64,000 bases of DNA. Origin: Candidatus Melainabacteria bacterium 17Bon1m. Its GTDB lineage: Bacteria; Cyanobacteriota; Vampirovibrionia; Obscuribacterales; Obscuribacteraceae. The notes beneath the pieces are model-generated. The model did no database searches. It worked only from the letters and a program-made list of their open reading frames with translations, and was not told the origin of the DNA. Shown piece by piece: positions 37,325 to 47,246 of the stretch. Numbering within the stretch: the stretch's first letter is position 1; the number at the start of each line of letters is the position of its first letter. The stretch is from NCBI GenBank assembly GCA_032128875.1, contig JAVLKG010000002.1, positions 896,001 through 960,000 on the forward strand, written 5' to 3'. The translations under genes and the position numbers were made by a program.

Positions 37325-39208
37325 TCAGCGTTTCAGCCGTTTGAGGTCTTCTCTAAACTCTTGGACGCTGGAATATCTCTCTGCCAGTGGAGTAGCAGTT
37401 GCTCGAGCCACGATTTTGTCCAGCTCGGCAGAGACAAGTGCGCTATGGTTTGCAGGATGTGACGTACTGATGGGCTCCGGCTCTTTTCCTGTAAGGAGAT
37501 AAAACATTGTTCCGCCCAAAGAGTAGATATCGCTTTGTGGTGTCGGTTTGCCTCTGAATTGTTCAGCAGGAATATAGGCATGTTTTCCTACTACAGTTGC
37601 GGTGGCTGATGAATCTACTTGATACGCGACGTTGAAGTCCACAAGTTTGATATGTCCGTCGTCCTGCAGCATCAAGTTGTCTGGAGTAATGTCTCGATGC
37701 ACCAACGCTGGTGTCAGATTGTGCATGTACTCGAGAATATCGAGCGTTTGAATGGCCCAATCAATAACAGCTTCCTCGGTCTGTGGTCCAAGTCGGTCAG
37801 TTAGCGATTTTAGGGATTCTCCGGCGACAAAATCAAGAACCAAATAGCCTCTGTAGTCTTCGATAAAGGCATCTTTTAGTTTGACGATTTGCTCGTGATC
37901 GAGAGTGTTGAGTATTTCAGCTTCACCTTTCAACTTTTCAGCAGTGCGTTCTGCAGTCAGTTGTCCACGGTGAACAGGCAAAATATATTCTTTGAGCACA
38001 ACTTCCTGTCCACGCACAAGTTTCTTTTTCCCACCTGCCGCTGCCTGGTCAATTTTCAGAATGTGACGGGCTTCCTTGTTGCCCATGGAGACTTCGACTT
38101 TTCCATCAACACCAGAACTTCCATAAGCAGATTCAGGAATGTGATCTTTTTCCACAGTGGCAAGGTAAGCTGTTCCCTGACCGCCACCGCCAACGGTGCC
38201 AACGACCTTATACATGCCATCGCCAACCAGCATGTCTGGCTCCAGCAATCCACCTCTCGATCTATCTGTGGCCTTGGAGAAATACTTCAGCCAGAGCTCC
38301 GTATATGATTCGTCTGTCGCGAAAGCTGGGTCAACATTGAACTTCGCCTTCGGAGCGTGCTCCTTAATAAGGCTGAAGAAACTTCCAATATTGTTCTTCG
38401 CTGTGATGTCTGAAAGTTTGAGCCTGAAAACATTTCCTTCTTGCGTCGTCAGCAAGAAAACTGGCTGTTTGCCATGAAAAATGTCCCAGCGCCAAATCTG
38501 ATCGACGCTCTTAATCGCGGTCCATTTGAATGCAAGGTTGATTGGTCCAGAATATTCAAGCATTAAGTGACTGTCTGTCCAGTCTATTTCACGGGTCTTT
38601 GCCGAACGGGCAATATAAGTTGCCAGGGCCGTGGTTAGGGCACATCCGAAAGCGGCAAACGGAAGGAAGTTCAAGACGTCCTTCATGTCTTCCAAACCCT
38701 TGAACTCGTGACCTTCTGTCAGAGCTTTGAAAAACAGGTAGAGTGGATTGTTTGTCCAATCGAAATCAGGGAGCGAACCATTCGGCTGATGGTTCATTGC
38801 ATTGAACACCACCAGACCAATGATGATGACACCTGCTGCAAGAGCGAAACCCATCAGGTGCGAAGCAACGTCTAAAAACTGATTTACTCCCTGCCAGCTT
38901 TGATTGGAAGCTTCCATCGCGTCTTCATAGGGACTTTTGTAGTTCTTCAGCGCTTTGAAATAGGCATCATCGCCGTATTGCTTACGATACTTGTCGAGTT
39001 CTTCCTCGCGAAGCTTTTCTCGCCGGTCGTACCATTGTTCGTCGCTTTGTGCATCCTCAACTGGTGGCGCCTCAAAAACAAATGGTGGTGGAGACGTTTG
39101 CGATAATTGCGGTGTTGCTTGCGGAGACACTTTCAAGGTGGGTTGTGAAACCGCTTCCAGCGTGGGTTGGGCGAACGATTCTTTTTCGTGGTCTTTGAAC
39201 TGACTCAT
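37325..39208 (-). CDS. Membrane-anchored Ser/Thr kinase with C-terminal kinase domain
   Basis: Two TM helices; GGGGQGTAY, VVLKE, HRDITPDN, DFN, GKHAYIPAEQ. Confidence 0.88.
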   Translation of the reverse strand: MSQFKDHEKESFAQPTLEAVSQPTLKVSPQATPQLSQTSPPPFVFEAPPVEDAQSDEQWYDRREKLREEELDKYRKQYGDDAYFKALKNYKSPYEDAMEASNQSWQGVNQFLDVASHLMGFALAAGVIIIGLVVFNAMNHQPNGSLPDFDWTNNPLYLFFKALTEGHEFKGLEDMKDVLNFLPFAAFGCALTTALATYIARSAKTREIDWTDSHLMLEYSGPINLAFKWTAIKSVDQIWRWDIFHGKQPVFLLTTQEGNVFRLKLSDITAKNNIGSFFSLIKEHAPKAKFNVDPAFATDESYTELWLKYFSKATDRSRGGLLEPDMLVGDGMYKVVGTVGGGGQGTAYLATVEKDHIPESAYGSSGVDGKVEVSMGNKEARHILKIDQAAAGGKKKLVRGQEVVLKEYILPVHRGQLTAERTAEKLKGEAEILNTLDHEQIVKLKDAFIEDYRGYLVLDFVAGESLKSLTDRLGPQTEEAVIDWAIQTLDILEYMHNLTPALVHRDITPDNLMLQDDGHIKLVDFNVAYQVDSSATATVVGKHAYIPAEQFRGKPTPQSDIYSLGGTMFYLLTGKEPEPISTSHPANHSALVSAELDKIVARATATPLAERYSSVQEFREDLKRLKR

Positions 39209-40668
39209 ACGTTCTCACCCAGCCGTCCTGCAATTTTCTCCACGGAACTCAATGAGAGACTTTCTTGCTGGTAGCTCTTTGTGTAAGCGCGTGCCAGAGC
39301 GACGACATCTTCGGCAGTCTGCAAGCGGTTTTCCGCTTCCATTGCTGTGCACTTCTCGATCAGCTCGTTCAATGCAGGATATTTCTCTTTGAGGTCATCG
39401 GGCAAAGAAGATTGAGACAGCGGCTCCGGATCAGTACCTGTTGTTAGATAGTAGAGTGTGCAACCAAGCGCATAGATATCGCTCTGAGTGGTTGCCTTGC
39501 CTCTAAACTGTTCGGGCGGAATGTAGCACTGCTTGCCGACCAGCGTGCCTGTCGCCGTGCCGAGGAGTTCATTTGCAGCACCGAAATCAATCAATTTGAT
39601 CGACCCCAGGCGATCGAGCACGATATTGTCCGGAGTTATGTCCCGGTGGATGATAGGTGGATCTTTTGAGTGCAGGTAGCTGAGAATTAGCGCCATATCC
39701 AGCGCCCATCGCATAACCAGGCGTTCGCCCTGCTGTCCGTGTTCTTTGACAAACGCACGCAAGTCGACACCATTGACGTGTTCCAGCATCAGGTAGTGTC
39801 TGTCGTTTTCTACAAAATGATCAAGCACTCGAGCAATATATGGATGATTCAGACCCTGCAAGATTTTCGCTTCCCTCTGAAACATTTCGATGGCTTTTTC
39901 TTTCATCGCCAGATCGGAATTGAGAGGAACCACAGCTTCTTTCACGATAACCGAGTCTCCCAATTTGTCTTTGCAAAGATAGACAGCGGAGAGACCACCA
40001 AAGGAGACTTGTCCGATTACTGTGAGCGTGTCACTTTTCAGTTTTGCTCTTGCTTCTAGTGGAACGAAGGCTGTGCTGCCGAACCGACTGGCGAGGTCTT
40101 GTTCCCACATTGCTGTAAAACTTCCGTCAGCCGAAGGCGCCGCCTGTGAATCGGGCATGACGGTCTCGATTGCCTTTTTATCAAAGCTGCATCTGGCTTC
40201 CGGGGCGTTCGAGCGAACGGCCACAACGAAGTCCTTCAGGTCGTTGTTGTTCATGCCGTTGAGATTAAAATGCGCCTCTCCCACCTTGAACTTCAGAATG
40301 AGTTCGTCATCCTTAAAATCCACGGTCTGCAAGTCTGACCACTTCTGGGTCCGGGTGAATCCCAAATTCAAGAAATATCGCCAGGGCAGGCGTAGCTCCT
40401 TTTCGTTAACTACAAATTTGGCGTCAAGGCAGACAAAAAGTCCGAAAAGTCCTACGCAGATTAGGCTTATGTAGAAAAGAAGGAGGGCAAATAGATCTTC
40501 ATAGCCGCTAATGCCAGCGCGGACAAGCGCTGCCAGCAGCCAGCTGGAAACATAAATGGACCACAGTCCCCAAACCGGAGACAGCGCAAGCAACACAGCC
40601 AGCCCGTTGCGCGCCTGGTCTTCCTTATAGTGGATATTCAGCTGTGGCTGGAGTTGGTTTTCTGACAA
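39205..40668 (-). CDS. Membrane-anchored Ser/Thr kinase, paralog of the downstream gene
   Basis: Two TM helices; SFGGLSAVY, VIVKE, HRDITPDN, DFG, GKQCYIPPEQ. Start uncertain; TTG 40668 chosen. Confidence 0.85.
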   Translation of the reverse strand: MSENQLQPQLNIHYKEDQARNGLAVLLALSPVWGLWSIYVSSWLLAALVRAGISGYEDLFALLLFYISLICVGLFGLFVCLDAKFVVNEKELRLPWRYFLNLGFTRTQKWSDLQTVDFKDDELILKFKVGEAHFNLNGMNNNDLKDFVVAVRSNAPEARCSFDKKAIETVMPDSQAAPSADGSFTAMWEQDLASRFGSTAFVPLEARAKLKSDTLTVIGQVSFGGLSAVYLCKDKLGDSVIVKEAVVPLNSDLAMKEKAIEMFQREAKILQGLNHPYIARVLDHFVENDRHYLMLEHVNGVDLRAFVKEHGQQGERLVMRWALDMALILSYLHSKDPPIIHRDITPDNIVLDRLGSIKLIDFGAANELLGTATGTLVGKQCYIPPEQFRGKATTQSDIYALGCTLYYLTTGTDPEPLSQSSLPDDLKEKYPALNELIEKCTAMEAENRLQTAEDVVALARAYTKSYQQESLSLSSVEKIAGRLGENV

Positions 40669-40845
40669 GATTGTCTTTTGGTAAGCGCGTGCATGCGAAC
40701 ACTTATATTCCCGAAAGTATGGGCCGATCCTCGGAGTCTGGCAGGGCGCCGCATAAATGCCTGCTAATGTATCGTCTCTAAAATTTCGGCGCAGAAGGCG
40801 ACCATGGTTTAGCAGTAGAGGCGGTGAAAGGCTCCAGCGGGCATA

Positions 40846-41808
40846 ATGGAATTTGAAATGCACGTCTTAAGTGGAGTGCCTGATTTGAGACACCCGGTTT
40901 TTGCTATACCGATAGTTATTTTGCTGGCTTGTTTCGCTTCCAGTTCGATGGATGACGCTGCGTCGGCGCGGCAGATCAGCAGGCAAGTTGGAACTTACTC
41001 TGATCGAGTGGATTCTTCCGAGAGGCTGGGAGCCAATGGGAGTTCAGGTTATATTCTCACGGCACGGTCCTCTAACAGAGGACTGTACATCACCCTGGTG
41101 ATACGCGGGTCCGTCGCTGCGAAGCTGGGATTGGAGCCGGGCGATGTGCTTCTGCAGTTAAACAATAAGGTCGTTTCTTCAGCCACTGAAGCGGATCGAA
41201 TCTTAGCTGCCACACCATCAGGGCCGTTGCGTTCGGTGTTTGTGAAACAGGCATCCGGCGCCCTCAATTGCTACAACCAGACGATTTCGTATACGAATGA
41301 TTCGCCGACAGAAAGCAGTCCCACCGGCGCGACCACTATTAGACGCGATGTGACGCTCGAGCGTATACAGACCAATGTACCTATTCAAACACTTGAGTCA
41401 TATTTGTGCGAGATCGTAAATTCCGATCGCTCTGCTAACGGAGTCGGCCGAGTCTCTTTGAGCAGCGGTCTCTCGTCTGTTGCGCGTGCTCATGCGGAAG
41501 ACATGATCAAGCGCGGATTTTTTGCACACGTTAATCCCTCCGGAATGGATCCGCGAGCCAGAGCTGCGGCAGCTGGTTATAACGTTGATGTTGCCGAAAA
41601 CATTGCCACCAAAAATGGTCCGATGTCGCCACAGCAAAAAGTTGCCGGTTGCGAAGCAACGATGATGGCCGAGCCAAAAGATGATCCGCACAATCACAGG
41701 GGCAATATTCTCAATCCAAAATTTGTTTGCGTCGGAATTGGATGCGCTTACGGTCCTGGTGGTGCAGTCTACTTCGCGCAGGAATTCTCTGCGACACCTG
41801 TACCCTGA
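40846..41808 (+). CDS. PDZ + CAP (SCP) domain exported protein
   Basis: GSVAAKLGLEPGDVLLQLN (PDZ); ARAHAEDMIKRGFFAH, AENIA, HRGNILNP, VGIG, YFAQEF (CAP). Start uncertain. Confidence 0.85.
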   Translation: MEFEMHVLSGVPDLRHPVFAIPIVILLACFASSSMDDAASARQISRQVGTYSDRVDSSERLGANGSSGYILTARSSNRGLYITLVIRGSVAAKLGLEPGDVLLQLNNKVVSSATEADRILAATPSGPLRSVFVKQASGALNCYNQTISYTNDSPTESSPTGATTIRRDVTLERIQTNVPIQTLESYLCEIVNSDRSANGVGRVSLSSGLSSVARAHAEDMIKRGFFAHVNPSGMDPRARAAAAGYNVDVAENIATKNGPMSPQQKVAGCEATMMAEPKDDPHNHRGNILNPKFVCVGIGCAYGPGGAVYFAQEFSATPVP

Positions 41809-41825
41809 TTTTTGAAGGAAACTCT

Positions 41826-42386
41826 TTAAGGGTTGAACGGAATGACGTTGCTTGCTTGTTCTTTTCTCGGATTTATGACTTCCAAATTTTCGTACAAGCG
41901 CGAAACTTGTTCTAAATCGTCAGTCTGAATCTCGTCTATTTTTTCAGTATCGCCAGCACTCAAATTGCACAAGACCCACTGCGGTTTTCGATTGGAAACT
42001 TGCACTGAGAGCGACACTTCACCATCACCCATTGTCCAGCGCAACGTCGCAAATTTGGTTTTATTCTCTTTTGCTTTTTGTATAAGTGCTTGTAAATCTG
42101 CTTCGCTGGGAATTCCGCGATCCATCATTCCACTGCTGAGCAACTCAGGCAGACTAGATTTGAACGCTGACGAACCTTCCATCTGCGCGTCCATTCCCAA
42201 TTGAAGCAAGGACTTTTTCAATCTTCTTGCCAAGAGGCGAGGATCCATTTCCAAGATCTTAGCCAGCTCTTCAATGGTCGGAACGCGCCCAGTGTGGCGC
42301 TCAAATTCTGCGACGTGGCGCTTGATGTGTTCGTTTGGGTTGTCAGTAATCACGAAGATTTCACCTCTTACGACATATGATAACAA
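41826..42386 (-). CDS. Hypothetical protein with sigma-70 region-3-like N-terminal motif
   Basis: EFERHTGRVPTIEELAKILEMDP resembles LGRxPTxEELAxxLxM. Start uncertain. Confidence 0.55.
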   Translation of the reverse strand: MLSYVVRGEIFVITDNPNEHIKRHVAEFERHTGRVPTIEELAKILEMDPRLLARRLKKSLLQLGMDAQMEGSSAFKSSLPELLSSGMMDRGIPSEADLQALIQKAKENKTKFATLRWTMGDGEVSLSVQVSNRKPQWVLCNLSAGDTEKIDEIQTDDLEQVSRLYENLEVINPRKEQASNVIPFNP

Positions 42387-42431
42387 GCGCGTCAGTCATA
42401 ACTTTGCCACAAGTTGATGAGACGATAAATT

Positions 42432-43214
42432 GTGGAGTGTCAGCTGAATGTCATTTTGAGATGCGATTTTGGCAGTGCGTTGGATGTTGAGGAAAGGTCT
42501 TTGAGAAGGCTGAGCCAAAATACGAGAGATATAAACGACGCTGAGTTGGAAGTTTTTCTTCCTCTTCAGTATTTAGATCCGAGCTATTTCCAACTGCGCG
42601 ATTTTGCTGGCGTTTTTGCCCGTGGCGCCGCATTTGGTATCGCAATTAATTTCCCACTCATAGTTCTTGGATTAGTTACGCCTTCACTAATGCCGGTTTA
42701 TCTGCCGTGCATCACGGCGACTGCATGCATCCTCGGAATTGCGTTTAGCGCTGCGGCTAAGGGTTTTCAAAAGGCGTTTAGCAGAGGTGTTTCGATTCAT
42801 GGAATCGATGCCTACCTAACATATGAAGATGTGCATTTGCCTCTGGCCAAAGCATACGAACTTTGTCTTGCTGCAACCTCTCAAATTCACGAAGCTCGAA
42901 TTTTGAGGTGTATAGAAGGACGACTACTTTGTGTGCGGGTAAAAGCTCAACCGGAGCGAACAATTGTTATACGTCTAGATGGGATTGGAAGAGGAATAAC
43001 ACGCATCGCAATAGACTGCGTAAAGCATGTGAGTCTGCCTCAAGCGTTAACTATTCGCAGCTGCTGGGGACCAAAGTTTGAGCAGTTGGTATTGCGCGTC
43101 GATGATGGATTAAATGCCGAATTGATTGAAGAAGTAGCCGCGTTTATACGCGAAACCCCAGGCAGGGACTACAGGTACGAAGGGGTAAAAACGCTGCAGG
43201 GCAGTCGCCGTTAG
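42432..43214 (+). CDS. Hypothetical two-TM membrane protein
   Basis: Long ORF filling the gap with two hydrophobic helices. Start uncertain. Confidence 0.55.
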   Translation: MECQLNVILRCDFGSALDVEERSLRRLSQNTRDINDAELEVFLPLQYLDPSYFQLRDFAGVFARGAAFGIAINFPLIVLGLVTPSLMPVYLPCITATACILGIAFSAAAKGFQKAFSRGVSIHGIDAYLTYEDVHLPLAKAYELCLAATSQIHEARILRCIEGRLLCVRVKAQPERTIVIRLDGIGRGITRIAIDCVKHVSLPQALTIRSCWGPKFEQLVLRVDDGLNAELIEEVAAFIRETPGRDYRYEGVKTLQGSRR

Positions 43215-45925
43215 ACCGACTTCTGGCTGAGTTTGTCCTCTACCATATCAACCACTTTCTTCAGTGCTTGTGGAATCATTTCGGGTTGCTTGCCGCCGGC
43301 TTGCGCTAATTGTGGTTTGCCACCACCACCGCCGCCGCAAATTTGTGCTGCAGCTTTGACAAGCTCTCCTGCACTGACTCCATTTTTTGTAAGCGGATCA
43401 GAAACAGCGACAACAATAGCTACTTGCTGTGGCCCGGTTGAAGAAGCAAGCGCGACGACTGTTTGGTCTGAGCGAGACTTCAAATCTTCGGCAATGGATT
43501 TAAGCGCGTCAGCACCAAGGTTTTCGATGCTTTCTGCTATCAGAGTAACGGCGCCTACTTTTTTGCTTTTCGCTAACAATTCTGGAACGCGTGATAAAGC
43601 CATACGTTCTTCCATCTTTTGAAGCTGTTTTTCTCTCTCTCTAAGAGATTCCTGCAATTTCTCAATTTGATTTGCAAGTTCGTTCGGACGCACTTTCATA
43701 AGTTTGGAAGCGTCAGACAAATATGTCAGTTGATCGTTCAGATAGCTCCAAGCCTTTGGCCCGGAGTATGCGGACACGCGGCGTGTGCCTTGTGAAACGC
43801 TTTCTTCTGAGATGATTTTGATTGGTCCGATTTCGCCGGTTTGGTTGACGTGGGTGCCGCCGCAAAATTCGAGCGAGAAATCTCCCATGCTCAAAACGCG
43901 AACGGTGTCTCCATACTTCTCTCCGAACATGGCGATTGCGCCAGTCTTTTTGGCATCATCAATCGACATCTCTTGAGTAATGACTTGAGCATTTTGCTTA
44001 ACCCAGTCATTCATTTGTTGTTCAATTTTGCGAAGTTCTTCAGGCTTCGGTTGTTTTTCCAAAGTGAAGTCAAAGCGCATGTAGTTCGGTCCAACTTGCG
44101 AACCTGCCTGGGTTACATGCTTGCCAAAAAGGTCTCTCACTGCTGCGTGGAACAAGTGAGCGGTGCTGTGGTGCAATACAGTTTGGTTGCGCTTTTCGGC
44201 ATCAACATGCGCGTGCAGCGATTGTCCTGCTTCCAAAACTCCTGAAAGAGCTTTGACTTTGTGCAGGTGCAAGCCTTCGTGCTTCTTAGTGTCGAGAACT
44301 TCGAGCTTTGCACCGTCAGTTTCTAAATAACCAGTGTCGCCGACTTGACCACCAGACTCTGCGTAGAATGGAGTCTTGTCTAGTATTAGGTCGACTTCTT
44401 CACCTTCTTCCACGTGATCAACGAAGCGGCCATCTTTGACCAGGGCTACAACTTTCGCTTCGTCCTTGATTCCCTTGTAGCCACTAAATGTGGTGGTGCC
44501 ATGCTTTTTGATGACTTCGCTTAGTGCTTCGTCACCCGCAATGTTTATGTTGAAGTTGCCGACTGCAGAAACAGCGCGGTGTTCTTTCTTCGCGTTTTGG
44601 AAGCCTTCCAAGTCTACTGTCTTGCCATGTTCGAGCGCGATTTCTGTAGTCAATTCAACAGGGAAGCCGTAGGTGGCGTACAGGTCGAATACTTCTTTAC
44701 CGGGAAGCACTGTTTCTTTTTTCGCCAGAAGTTCATCCAGGAGGGCCGTGCCCCGTTCGATGCTCTTAGCGAAGTTTTCTTCTTCGGCGCGCAAATGCTT
44801 GATAATCGCTTGCTCGTTTTCTTTCAGCTCTGGATAGTGGTGACCGTAAGACTCAACTATTTTTGGAACGAGCTTATAGATGAAGGGCTCTTTCAGTCCC
44901 AAAAGTCTACCAAAGCGGGCGGCGCGGCGCGTAATGAAACGCAGTACGTATCCGCGTCCCACGTTACTTGTTCTTACCCCGTCAGCGACGAGGAATGTTA
45001 CGCAGCGTACGTGGTCGCAAATGATTTTGATATAGCTGTCGATCTTAAACTCGGGAGAGCCTGGCTTTTCTTGCTTAGGAGTTCCGCCTGTGTATTTGAC
45101 GTTCGCAATTTTGCAAACTTCATCCAAGATTGGCTTGAAAAGGTCGGTCTCGAAATTGTTGTTCTTTTTCTGAAGAACGAGTGCGACGCGTTCTAGACCA
45201 GAACCAGTATCAACGTTCTTCGCGGCTAATGGTGTGAAATTGCCGTGTTCGTCTTTGAAGAGTTCCATGAACACGAGGTTCCAGATCTCCAAATAGCGGT
45301 CGCAATCGCAAATTCCGATGCCGCATTTTGTAGCGTCGTCACTGCAGCCGTAATCAGGACCACGATCGTAATAGAGTTCTGAGCAGGGACCACAAGGTCC
45401 TGTTGGTCCGGGCGGTCCCCAGAAATTGTCTTTGCGCGACATTCTGAAGATGCGCTCAGGTGGTATGCCTACATCCTTGTTCCAGATGGCATAAGCTTCT
45501 TCGTCTGCCGGATTTTGCTCATCGCCTTTGAAGATGGTGACATAGATTTTGTCCGGCTCAAGTCCTAGTTCTTTTGTGACGAGTTCAAAACTCCACGGAA
45601 TGATTTCTTTCTTGAAATAATCTCCGAAGCTGAAATTGCCGAGCATCTCGAAGAATGTGTGGTGGCGCGCGGTTCTGCCGACATTTTCAATGTCGGAATC
45701 TTTTCCGCCTGCACGAGCGCATTTTTGAACTGTAACGGCGCGTGGAGGATTAGGGACAGGTGCCTGTCCCAGGAAGATCGGCACGAATTGCACCATTCCC
45801 GCAGAAGTAAGGAGCAAAGTAGGATTGTCCGGAATCAAGCTGGACGACGGCAAATGTTGATGCCCCCGCTTGTCCTTGAAATAGGAAATAAACTTGTCTC
45901 TTATCTCTGCGCCAGAAAATGTCAT
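43211..45925 (-). CDS. alaS: Alanine-tRNA ligase
   Basis: TSAGMVQF, HHTFFEMLGNFSFGDYFK, GPCGPCSE, HHSTAHL, EFCGGTH, GGGGG DHHA1 tail; GGAGG SD before ATG 45925. Confidence 0.98.
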   Translation of the reverse strand: MTFSGAEIRDKFISYFKDKRGHQHLPSSSLIPDNPTLLLTSAGMVQFVPIFLGQAPVPNPPRAVTVQKCARAGGKDSDIENVGRTARHHTFFEMLGNFSFGDYFKKEIIPWSFELVTKELGLEPDKIYVTIFKGDEQNPADEEAYAIWNKDVGIPPERIFRMSRKDNFWGPPGPTGPCGPCSELYYDRGPDYGCSDDATKCGIGICDCDRYLEIWNLVFMELFKDEHGNFTPLAAKNVDTGSGLERVALVLQKKNNNFETDLFKPILDEVCKIANVKYTGGTPKQEKPGSPEFKIDSYIKIICDHVRCVTFLVADGVRTSNVGRGYVLRFITRRAARFGRLLGLKEPFIYKLVPKIVESYGHHYPELKENEQAIIKHLRAEEENFAKSIERGTALLDELLAKKETVLPGKEVFDLYATYGFPVELTTEIALEHGKTVDLEGFQNAKKEHRAVSAVGNFNINIAGDEALSEVIKKHGTTTFSGYKGIKDEAKVVALVKDGRFVDHVEEGEEVDLILDKTPFYAESGGQVGDTGYLETDGAKLEVLDTKKHEGLHLHKVKALSGVLEAGQSLHAHVDAEKRNQTVLHHSTAHLFHAAVRDLFGKHVTQAGSQVGPNYMRFDFTLEKQPKPEELRKIEQQMNDWVKQNAQVITQEMSIDDAKKTGAIAMFGEKYGDTVRVLSMGDFSLEFCGGTHVNQTGEIGPIKIISEESVSQGTRRVSAYSGPKAWSYLNDQLTYLSDASKLMKVRPNELANQIEKLQESLREREKQLQKMEERMALSRVPELLAKSKKVGAVTLIAESIENLGADALKSIAEDLKSRSDQTVVALASSTGPQQVAIVVAVSDPLTKNGVSAGELVKAAAQICGGGGGGKPQLAQAGGKQPEMIPQALKKVVDMVEDKLSQKSV

Positions 45926-46327
45926 TAATGCCTCCCAGCACCAATCACTGCTTACATTTGGGATCATCAAGTATATCCTAGTTAGACAGGCTTTCGCCCA
46001 CTGCTGTCGAACGTTTGGAGCGTGTTCAAGCGCTTAAAATCGTCACTTCCGGCATGCTCAGCGGCAATCTAAATTTAGAATGGCGAAAGGTCGAATTCGC
46101 TCGACAACTACACATAGCTTCACGTGCCATCTCTTCGGAAGCCAGCCGCCGGCAGTCAAAAACAGCTTCATAGGGCACGCGATGACCGCTGCTGCCTGTG
46201 GTATTAGGTAGCCGAATCTGCTAGATTCTTCAGTTCCCGGCGCCGCATTTGGAACCCCTGAAGAACACAATCAGGGTTAAGCCATCTATGTGCGCAGAAC
46301 CTTGCCTGTCCCAGTTTTGGACCTGCC

Positions 46328-47224
46328 GTGAAACTCCGCAAAGTATTAATCGTTCCCAAGAAGTCGACCTATCAGATTCAGGCGATTGAACACAAGGAAA
46401 CTACTTTCCTGAAGATGCTCGAGGAAGGGCATTCGTCTGTGACCAAGGTTAAGCTTGCCCATGACGAGCATATGGAAACGCTTCAGTATTTGCTGAAAGC
46501 CCTGGATCAGCGTGGCGTAGAACACAAAGAAGTTGTGCGCGCCGACTTGGAAGGGCGAATTAAGGGCGTCGACCTGGTAATTTCAGTTGGCGGCGACGGC
46601 ACATTTTTAGATGCCTCCCATCACGTAGATACTTTACCGTTGCTCGGTATCAATTCCTCGAAGTCTTCGAGCTTTGGGCACTTTTGCCTGGGCAATTTGA
46701 AAAATATCGACAAAGTTTTGGACGATATAGAGAATGACAACATTAAAACCATCAAGCTTCTCAGGCTCGAGCTTTTACTGAATGGAAAACTTTTACCTGA
46801 TTTGGTCCTTAATGAAGTTTTGATTGCTCACTCTAATCCGGCCGGAACAAGCCGATTTATAGTACATCTTCGAGGAATTAGCGAAGAGCAAAAATCCTCT
46901 GGTATATGGGTCAGTACACCATCTGGATCTACTGGCTCAATGCGCTCCGCCGGTGGTACTGTATTGCCTATAAATGACGAGCGATATCAGTACATCGTAC
47001 GAGAGGCCTGCATGCGACCAAATGAAAAATGGCAGCTGGTAAGAGGTATTCTCGACCGCAAGGAAGAAATGCGTTTTGTCTCGCAAACACGCACAGGTAC
47101 ACTCTTTATCGATGGACAACATATCGAGCATCAATTCGGATTGGGAGACGAGCTGATCATTCGCGCCAGTGAGCATGATCTCAACGCGTATGCATCAGCG
47201 GACGTTAACGATATATTCGTATGA
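46328..47224 (+). CDS. nadK: NAD(+)/NADH kinase
   Basis: VGGDGTFL, VLNE, SSGIWVSTPSGSTG, IDG. Confidence 0.9.
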   Translation: MKLRKVLIVPKKSTYQIQAIEHKETTFLKMLEEGHSSVTKVKLAHDEHMETLQYLLKALDQRGVEHKEVVRADLEGRIKGVDLVISVGGDGTFLDASHHVDTLPLLGINSSKSSSFGHFCLGNLKNIDKVLDDIENDNIKTIKLLRLELLLNGKLLPDLVLNEVLIAHSNPAGTSRFIVHLRGISEEQKSSGIWVSTPSGSTGSMRSAGGTVLPINDERYQYIVREACMRPNEKWQLVRGILDRKEEMRFVSQTRTGTLFIDGQHIEHQFGLGDELIIRASEHDLNAYASADVNDIFV

Positions 47225-47246
47225 CTTCGAAGCAAAACTGGAATCA

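Noticed and set aside
45926-46327. T-box leader for alaS, and the 70-aa ORF 46058-46270
   Set aside because: No T-box antiterminator consensus found on the minus strand; the ORF lacks SD and motifs.
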